From NCBI GenBank assembly GCA_034440375.1, contig JAWXBZ010000168.1, positions 1 to 11,008 of the forward strand: a stretch of 11,008 nucleotides of DNA, read 5' to 3'. How positions within the stretch are numbered: the stretch's first letter is position 1; each line of letters begins with the position of its first letter. The position numbers were made by a program, and so were the translations under genes. This DNA comes from Candidatus Eiseniibacteriota bacterium (GTDB taxonomy: Bacteria; Eisenbacteria; RBG-16-71-46; JABDJR01; JAWXBZ01). Of this stretch, positions 1 through 5,228 are shown one piece after another. The notes under the pieces were generated by a model, which saw nothing but the letters and a program-made list of their open reading frames with translations, did no database searches and was not told the DNA's origin.

Positions 1-163
1 GCTCCTCGAGGCTCCGCCAGTAGACGCGCCCCGTCTTGCCGGCCAGCCGCTCACGAACGGTATCGAGGCTCAGGCCGGACATGGCCGCGCCCGCGGGCGG
101 GGGGGTGCCGGGCATGCCATCCGAGTCGTGCCGCCCGTCCTTGCCGTCGATTACCGATGACAT
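1..163 (-). CDS. actB: Alternative complex III subunit B (molybdopterin-oxidoreductase-like/Fe-S subunit), N-terminal fragment running off the window
   Basis: Manual translation gives MSSVIDGKDGRHDSDGMPGTPPPAGAAMSGLSLDTVRERLAGKTGRVYWRSLEE. YWRSLEE is the typical N-terminal motif of ActB, and the frame lies directly downstream of actA. In-frame ATGs are at 163 (overlapping the actA end), 115 and 82, so the start is uncertain. Confidence 0.8.
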   Translation of the reverse strand, partial: MSSVIDGKDGRHDSDGMPGTPPPAGAAMSGLSLDTVRERLAGKTGRVYWRSLEE

Positions 164-804
164 ATCGAGCAATCCGCTTTGGGGTTCAGGTGATATTCGG
201 CCACCAGTCGTTCTCCCAGAGTCTGCTGATCACCGCCGGGCGGCTCATAGCCAAACTCAAAAACGGCCTCCCTGGGCCGGACAAACTTCTCGGGCGCACG
301 GTGGCACTCAAGGCACCACTCCATGAACATCGTGTTGGCCTTGTAGACCAGCGGCATGTTATTGACCGGGCCGTGGCAGGTCTCGCAGGAAATTCCCTTC
401 GAGACATGGATACTGTGATTGAAGTAGACGAAGTCGGGCAGGTCGTGCACCCGCACCCACTCGATCGACTGGTCGGTGCGGAAACTGGCCCGCACCGGCT
501 CCAGCATGGCCGCGTTGGTCCAGATCTGTGAGTGGCAGTTCATACAGGTCTTCGTTGGGGGCATGCCGGCGCTCGCGGTCTCCTCGACGGAGGTGTGACA
601 GTAGCGGCAGTCTATCCCGAGCTGTCCGACATGGTGCTGGTGACTGAAGGGAACCGGCTGGTCCACATGGACATCCGTCTGCGTGCCGTAACCGGAGCGG
701 TTGATTTCGGTCGCCACGTATCCGATGCCGGCGATCAGAAAGATCGATCCGAACAGCGTGAATCTCGAATAGGCGTTGGCGCTGCGTGGGAAAAGCTGCG
801 GCAT
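151..804 (-). CDS. actA: Membrane-anchored pentaheme cytochrome c, alternative complex III subunit A
   Basis: Five CxxCH motifs (CRYCH, CMNCH, CETCH, CLECH, CSICH), an N-terminal TM helix, and the QPVPFSH and WVRVHDLPDFVYFNHSIH motifs typical of ActA. A GAGGAG RBS precedes the ATG. Confidence 0.93.
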   Translation of the reverse strand: MPQLFPRSANAYSRFTLFGSIFLIAGIGYVATEINRSGYGTQTDVHVDQPVPFSHQHHVGQLGIDCRYCHTSVEETASAGMPPTKTCMNCHSQIWTNAAMLEPVRASFRTDQSIEWVRVHDLPDFVYFNHSIHVSKGISCETCHGPVNNMPLVYKANTMFMEWCLECHRAPEKFVRPREAVFEFGYEPPGGDQQTLGERLVAEYHLNPKADCSICHR

Positions 805-849
805 TCACTCCTCTGGATCACTCAACGGGACGGGGCAAAAAACGTGCGC

Positions 850-879
850 AGTGTAGTCCGAGGAAGGTCCGGGGCTCAA
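850..879 (-). promoter_or_regulatory. Putative sigma70 promoter for the act operon
   Basis: Minus strand TTGAGC-N18-TACACT, about 45 nt upstream of the actA start. Confidence 0.45.
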
Positions 880-913
880 GCGCCAATCGAACCCCACAGT
901 ACTTTGGGTTGGC

Positions 914-1330
914 CTACTTCGACCCGATGAAGGTGGAATGGTGCGGCAGCGGCCCCCACGTGACTTCGCCGTCAGCGGAACGGCGGCCGGCTTCCAGCTT
1001 CCCCAGCAACAGGCGCAGACCCGCCAAATCACCTGCCCCGCTGATTTCGAAGGTCGTCGAAATCTGGGGCATTCGGGCCGACATCAGCACCAGGAGTGTC
1101 TCCATCTGCCCTGCGGTCAATCCCGGGGCGGTCGTGAATTCCGTGAAGGAGTTGCCGTCAGCCGCCACCGCGACGCGGCTCACGGGCTTCATCGGGATCG
1201 GCGTCTGGGCCTTCCAGTAGTCGGGCGGTGCACCCAGAAGCTGCAGGAGTTGATCATGATGAGCCGGCGCCCCGACCAGGCGGGATCGAACCAGCGTGAA
1301 GTGCGGGTTGGCAGGCATCCTCTTGGTCAC
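914..1330 (-). CDS. Hypothetical protein (138 aa; alternative ATG start at 1318)
   Basis: The GTG start overlaps the TGA stop of the upstream hydrolase, and GAGGAG lies upstream of the 1318 ATG. The ORF fills the gap before actA. No family recognised. Confidence 0.6.
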   Translation of the reverse strand: MTKRMPANPHFTLVRSRLVGAPAHHDQLLQLLGAPPDYWKAQTPIPMKPVSRVAVAADGNSFTEFTTAPGLTAGQMETLLVLMSARMPQISTTFEISGAGDLAGLRLLLGKLEAGRRSADGEVTWGPLPHHSTFIGSK

Positions 1331-2139
1331 TCCTCTTTCAGAAACTTCATCATGGATCGATGGAACGCGGAAGGGGCTTCCAGGTTGGGGAAGTGGCCCG
1401 CCCGTGGAATCATTTCCAGGCGTGCCCCGGGTATCCCCTCGGCCAGCATCTGGGCTCGCCGGATGAACTCCGGTCGATCGAACTCGCCCCGAAGGACGAG
1501 CGTCCGGCAGGTAACTTCCGACAAACGCTCCCGGTCCGTCAATGCCGGTCGGGGGTAGGTTGTCCGATCAAAGATGTTGCCGCCGGTAAACCGGGCCGCC
1601 ATTTCACGGATGCGGATCGCCAGGGCGGGGTATCGACGGATGGACTTGAACAGGGATCCGGGCATCCAGACGGCGTCGATGGCCCTCTGGACACCGATCA
1701 GCCTGGCCTTGGTCTCGAAATCTCGGAAGTAGTTCCACATCCCCTCTTCCCATGGAAGGCCGTTGAGGACGCTCGAGGCCAGGACAAGGCGGTCCACCCG
1801 GTCGGGGTGGGTCAAGGCCGCGTGAAGGGCAATGCCACCCCCCATCGAGAGGCCAACCATGGTGGCTGATCGGATCTCGAGGGTGTCCAGGATCTTGAAC
1901 AGGTCGCTGACATGGTCCGAAAGGGCATACCCGGTGTCCGGACTGGATGATTTGCCGTGGCCCCGCAGGTCATAGGTGAGGCAGCGGAAATTGGTGGAGA
2001 GATTGGTGACCGACTCGTGCCACAGTTCGTGATCGAGTGTGTAGTCGTGGATGAAGACAATGGCACGGCCCGACCCGGCCTGTTCCACATACAGGTCGAC
2101 TTCGGAAAACGACAGAAGATCGCCAGCGGTCATGACCAT
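1327..2139 (-). CDS. Alpha/beta fold hydrolase (PcaD/MenH-like class)
   Basis: GLSMGG nucleophile elbow, YDLRGHGKS motif, acid residue in GEFD and catalytic His in AGHFPNLE; 270 aa. Confidence 0.92.
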   Translation of the reverse strand: MVMTAGDLLSFSEVDLYVEQAGSGRAIVFIHDYTLDHELWHESVTNLSTNFRCLTYDLRGHGKSSSPDTGYALSDHVSDLFKILDTLEIRSATMVGLSMGGGIALHAALTHPDRVDRLVLASSVLNGLPWEEGMWNYFRDFETKARLIGVQRAIDAVWMPGSLFKSIRRYPALAIRIREMAARFTGGNIFDRTTYPRPALTDRERLSEVTCRTLVLRGEFDRPEFIRRAQMLAEGIPGARLEMIPRAGHFPNLEAPSAFHRSMMKFLKEE

Positions 2140-2148
2140 AAGTGGCGG

Positions 2149-2215
2149 ATTCTAGCAGGCCGGCCGGAAAAGGCCACGGCGGGCATTTATCACTTCCCGA
2201 TCAACCTGATAGAGT
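2149..2215. promoter_or_regulatory. Back-to-back extended -10 promoters
   Basis: Minus strand TGcTAGAAT (2149-2157) lies 9 nt before ATG 2139. Plus strand TGaTAGAGT (2207-2215) lies 7 nt before ATG 2223. Confidence 0.5.
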
Positions 2216-2222
2216 CGCGGCC

Positions 2223-2693
2223 ATGGCAAAGGTGGTCCCCTCCCGGGATGAAGGGCTGGTCCTCGTGGCGGCGGTACGCGTTCAGGCGCATCGGGACGGT
2301 CGTTCGCCGACTTTGGACGATGTGGCAGCTCTTTTGGCCATGCCCCACGAACTCCTGCGTGTTTTGGTCATCGGACTGGAGGATCGAGGGATTCTGAAGC
2401 AGCTGACCAACGCCTTCGAGACCCGTCTCGACATCGTGAATGCCGGGGCGGTTGAAGAACTTCCTCCGGCTGGATCCGGCCCCCGGCTCAGCGCCGAATT
2501 GGACGATTTCCGAAAGGCATTTCAAGTGAAGCAGGACGATCTCAAGAAGACGTTCGGTGCACAAGCCATCCAGAAGCGGACCGACGAGCGGATGGACAAG
2601 ATGGCCGAAAAGCTCCAAAAATTCAAAGACAAGGCCTCGGGCGGCCCGATGTTCAGTTCCCCAACGATCCCACCGCCGGACGACGAGGACTAG
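2223..2693 (+). CDS. Hypothetical protein with an N-terminal winged-helix-like region and a charged helical/coiled-coil C-terminus
   Basis: The ATG at 2223 follows an extended -10. GRSPTLDDVAALLAMP...LEDRGIL resembles wHTH (LexA N-terminal-like) patterns, the C-terminal half is K/E/D-rich, and codon usage matches the host. Confidence 0.72.
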   Translation: MAKVVPSRDEGLVLVAAVRVQAHRDGRSPTLDDVAALLAMPHELLRVLVIGLEDRGILKQLTNAFETRLDIVNAGAVEELPPAGSGPRLSAELDDFRKAFQVKQDDLKKTFGAQAIQKRTDERMDKMAEKLQKFKDKASGGPMFSSPTIPPPDDED

Positions 2694-2695
2694 CA

Positions 2696-2730
2696 CCTTC
2701 GGATGAGGGCGAGTGCCTTCGGACGAAGGC
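2696..2730. repeat. Two tandem short palindromes with a 20-bp period
   Basis: CCTTCGGATGAGGGC (2696-2710) and CCTTCGGACGAAGGC (2716-2730). GCCTTC-ggac-GAAGGC (2715-2730) is a perfect hairpin. Confidence 0.55.
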
Positions 2731-2770
2731 CAGAGCCCCGATAGAGTGGTTGAACGAGAGGAAACGGTTC

Positions 2771-3277
2771 ATGGCCAAATCACAATCCTTCGACGTCACC
2801 ACCGGCGTCGATTTCAATGAGGTCAACAACGCCGTCCAGCAGGCGCTCAAGGAGATCGGCCAGCGCTACGACTTCAAGGGCGCCGATGTGACGCTCGATC
2901 TGAAGGAAGAGGAAAACATGCTGGTTCTCCAGGCACCCGACGACTACAAGCTCCGGGCCGCCTGGGACATCCTTCATGCCAAGCTCATCCGCCGCGGCCA
3001 GCCGGCCAAGAACTTCGAGACCGGTGAACCGAAGCCCGCCTCGCATGGCTCGCTCCGGCAGGAAATCACGATCCAGAACGGCCTCTCCAGCGACCTGGCC
3101 CGCGAAGTCGTGAAATTCCTCAAGGACGCCAAGATGAAGAAGGTGCAGGCCGCCATTCAGGGCGACACCGTCCGCATCTCCGGCCCCTCGCGCGACGATC
3201 TGCAGGAAGCCATCGCCCTGCTCAAGACAAACGACTTCGGCGTCGAACTCAAGTTCGAGAACTTTCGGAGTCAGTAA
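2771..3277 (+). CDS. yajQ: YajQ family nucleotide/c-di-GMP-binding protein
   Basis: SFDV...EVNNAVQQALKEI..RYDFKG, KVQAAIQGDTVRISG.SRDDLQ and the terminal F.NFR motif are YajQ hallmarks. A GAGG RBS precedes ATG 2771. Confidence 0.95.
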   Translation: MAKSQSFDVTTGVDFNEVNNAVQQALKEIGQRYDFKGADVTLDLKEEENMLVLQAPDDYKLRAAWDILHAKLIRRGQPAKNFETGEPKPASHGSLRQEITIQNGLSSDLAREVVKFLKDAKMKKVQAAIQGDTVRISGPSRDDLQEAIALLKTNDFGVELKFENFRSQ

Positions 3278-3398
3278 CGCGGGGTTCAACTCGCTCCCGG
3301 ATGTGCGAAGCAACTGGCACCGATGCGAGCTCGGTTAGCCACAGCTTGAAGGCGGCAGGATCGGAGTGCATCCCGAACATGCTCTTGACAGGGCTCAG

Positions 3399-3824
3399 TC
3401 AATGCTGATTAGCCGTTCCCTGTTGGGCTGGGATCATCTCAACATCGAACGGTATGCGAGAATGCTCTTTCCATCGCTTTCCATCTTTCACTTCGATAAG
3501 GACGAAATGTTGCCCCGGCCCTTGGATCTGAAATCCACCAAACCCGATATGGATACGCGCACGGCGGTGACTCTTCTCGAGCTCCACGACGGCCGAATCT
3601 GCCACGATGAGGACCTCCTCGGGAGAGAGAATCGAAACTTTCACTTCGAGCCGGTGCTCGTCTTCTCCTTCTCGCAACCACAAAGTCCCGGCGATGATGG
3701 GTGGAGCCGGGGCGGGATAGTGAGCGGATCCGATTCCCTCCAGTGCATCGATATAGCTGATCGCCCCGGTTGGTTGGTCGACAATGATGCGTCGGCACAA
3801 TACGGCCCAAAGCAGTCTTGCCAT
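3399..3824 (-). CDS. Beta-strand-rich hypothetical protein (DUF6941-like from recall), third gene of the hicAB operon
   Basis: An AAGGAG RBS overlaps the hicB stop codon, with a 15-nt gap to the ATG. The pattern AVLC...vD..TG.iS.I...GPG.h.v.i...IPF.V suggests a beta-sandwich. Confidence 0.75.
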   Translation of the reverse strand: MARLLWAVLCRRIIVDQPTGAISYIDALEGIGSAHYPAPAPPIIAGTLWLREGEDEHRLEVKVSILSPEEVLIVADSAVVELEKSHRRARIHIGFGGFQIQGPGQHFVLIEVKDGKRWKEHSRIPFDVEMIPAQQGTANQH

Positions 3825-3839
3825 CTGATTCGAGGCTCC

Positions 3840-4382
3840 TTAGTTGGCTTTGCGCCGGATAGTGTTGGACCCGCTCGCGGCGCGAGTGGCAGGAAGCTGG
3901 TAAGGCCCGAAGTCGAGGGGAACGGGTATCAACGTCGTAGCGCTTCGATCTCGGAGCAGCGGAAAGGCACCGCCAAATCGATCGGCGATTTCCCACATGC
4001 TCATTCTAACTTCCTCCGCAACTCGGTCCGAATGGTCACTTCTGCCGAGATCTCGACCAAGCACACTGATCACATAGGTATTCAATGACACACCTTCCAT
4101 GACTGCGCGCATCGACAAGTCTTGATGCATGGTTCTCGGCAGCCGAAGGCGAAATTGGCCGCTGAATTCTGTGGCGAGAATGGGCGCCGGAATTGGATCG
4201 CCGTCCTGTCGAAACGCCTCGATGGCAACAGCCTGTGCGGAACGAAGCTCTGCAATCGCATGCTCAGGTTCCGCTCCGACCCCGGAGAGACCCGGAAATT
4301 CAGGTGACGTCGCGACATAAGCTTCATCTTCAAAGCTCCACCGCAGATTCACGCTGTACTTCTGTGTCGCGTCCACGCTCAT
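3840..4382 (-). CDS. hicB: HicB family antitoxin (partial RNase H fold plus RHH) with a C-terminal extension
   Basis: N-domain YSVNLRWSFEDEAYVATSPEFPGLSGVG.EPEHAIAEL...GDPIPAP and RHH domain SGQFRLRLPRTMHQDL...EGVSLNTYV. It lies directly downstream of hicA. Confidence 0.9.
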   Translation of the reverse strand: MSVDATQKYSVNLRWSFEDEAYVATSPEFPGLSGVGAEPEHAIAELRSAQAVAIEAFRQDGDPIPAPILATEFSGQFRLRLPRTMHQDLSMRAVMEGVSLNTYVISVLGRDLGRSDHSDRVAEEVRMSMWEIADRFGGAFPLLRDRSATTLIPVPLDFGPYQLPATRAASGSNTIRRKAN

Positions 4383-4409
4383 GCCCCCGTTGAAGTCGTA
4401 GGAAGCTGG

Positions 4410-4658
4410 TCATTCAGTTGGGTCTTGGATTTCATCAATCGCGCCAAGCAACTGTCGGACCTGGTACGCCGGCACATGACCATTGCGCTCCTGAAAGTTG
4501 AGACTCCCACGGTACCCTTCCCGCGTGTAGACATTGGGGTGTTTGCCCCCCGCCCGATGGTTGAATCCGAACGCTTTGACCACCTGCTTGACCTCTGACA
4601 GGCGGATGTTCTTGGGGCTCCGGCGCATTTTTGCCAGAAGCTTTTCGAGGCTGCTCAT
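4410..4658 (-). CDS. hicA: HicA family mRNA interferase toxin (82 aa)
   Basis: NIRLSEV..V..FGF....GGKH (conserved His)...LNFQ..NG....YQVRQLL pattern. It is small and basic with a toxin-first gene order. The start is reassigned to ATG 4658, which has a GGAG RBS just upstream. Confidence 0.88.
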   Translation of the reverse strand: MSSLEKLLAKMRRSPKNIRLSEVKQVVKAFGFNHRAGGKHPNVYTREGYRGSLNFQERNGHVPAYQVRQLLGAIDEIQDPTE

Positions 4659-4727
4659 TGCTCCGCAATTCCCCCACCCCTCCACCACATACGTCGATTC
4701 TTCGCCCCTGAACCGAGATTATGTTCG

Positions 4728-4758
4728 AATGGTACCGTCAGAGGTACCATTATGTCAA
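4728..4758 (-). promoter_or_regulatory. hicAB promoter with overlapping operator palindrome
   Basis: Minus strand TTGACA (4753-4758)-N18-TACCAT (4729-4734). The perfect inverted repeat AATGGTACC-N6-GGTACCATT (4728-4751) covers the spacer and the -10. Confidence 0.8.
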
Positions 4759-4856
4759 CATGCGGGTGCATTGCAAGTTAGGCAAGGCCTTTCTGGTAGG
4801 TCTCACGAAGCTGGTCCAAGTTTGTAACCTATTTATATAAAATGACTTGAGAAGAT

Positions 4857-5114
4857 TTACGGCCGACCAAACCACCCGCGGCGGACATTCTTGATCTCAC
4901 CCGAAAGCACCAGCGTCCCCAGGTGTTGCTTCAGCAACGATTCCGGCGCTCCCTTGAGACGGGCCAGGATCGCCTTCAATCTCAGCCCCTCGCCATCCAG
5001 AACATCAATGATGGCCGCCATCTGATCGACGACCGAGGCGGGCCCGCCTCCGGAATTGGCCACGGCCATCGGAACGCCTGCGCGACGAGTCCGTGTCAGG
5101 GCAGGTGAATTCAT
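4857..5114 (-). CDS. Small winged-helix-like protein (85 aa) or gene remnant
   Basis: IIDVLDGEGLRLKAILARLKGAPESLLKQHLGTLVLSGEIKNVRRGWF fits a wHTH with an L..G.I..v.RG.aromatic wing. AAGGAG lies 12 nt before ATG 5114. The longer 5189 start falls inside a terminator. Confidence 0.5.
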   Translation of the reverse strand: MNSPALTRTRRAGVPMAVANSGGGPASVVDQMAAIIDVLDGEGLRLKAILARLKGAPESLLKQHLGTLVLSGEIKNVRRGWFGRP

Positions 5115-5159
5115 GCTGCCCAGGATCTCCTTGGCACCCGATGACGAAGGACATCTAAT

Positions 5160-5189
5160 GAAAATGGCCACCCCGTTCGGGGTGGCCAT
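5160..5189 (-). terminator. Intrinsic terminator of the EEP-family gene
   Basis: 11-bp perfect stem ATGGCCACCCC/GGGGTGGCCAT (5164-5189) with a 4-nt loop, followed by a short T run on the minus strand, about 40 nt after the stop at 5229. Confidence 0.8.
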
Positions 5190-5228
5190 CAGATTGTCTT
5201 GAGTGGCACCAAGCCGTCCGGCGCTACC

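Noticed and set aside
938-3313. Alternative-frame ORFs (938-1558, 1360-1869, 1957-2397, 2190-2696, 2780-3313)
   Set aside because: They are antisense or out-of-frame to better-supported genes and have Arg/Gly/Pro-rich or motif-free translations typical of GC-rich shadow ORFs.
3385-3402. TTGAC-N8-GTCAA inverted repeat with a TTGACA hexamer at the gene 3 stop (possible antisense promoter)
   Set aside because: No acceptable -10 at 16-18 bp spacing, and 5-bp arms can arise by chance.
3366-4088. 240-aa plus-strand ORF antisense to hicB and gene 3
   Set aside because: No recognisable motifs, and it overlaps two better-supported minus-strand genes that have RBSs.
5115-5189. Upstream start of the 110-aa ORF
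   Set aside because: The ATG lies within the terminator stem, while ATG 5114 has an RBS.
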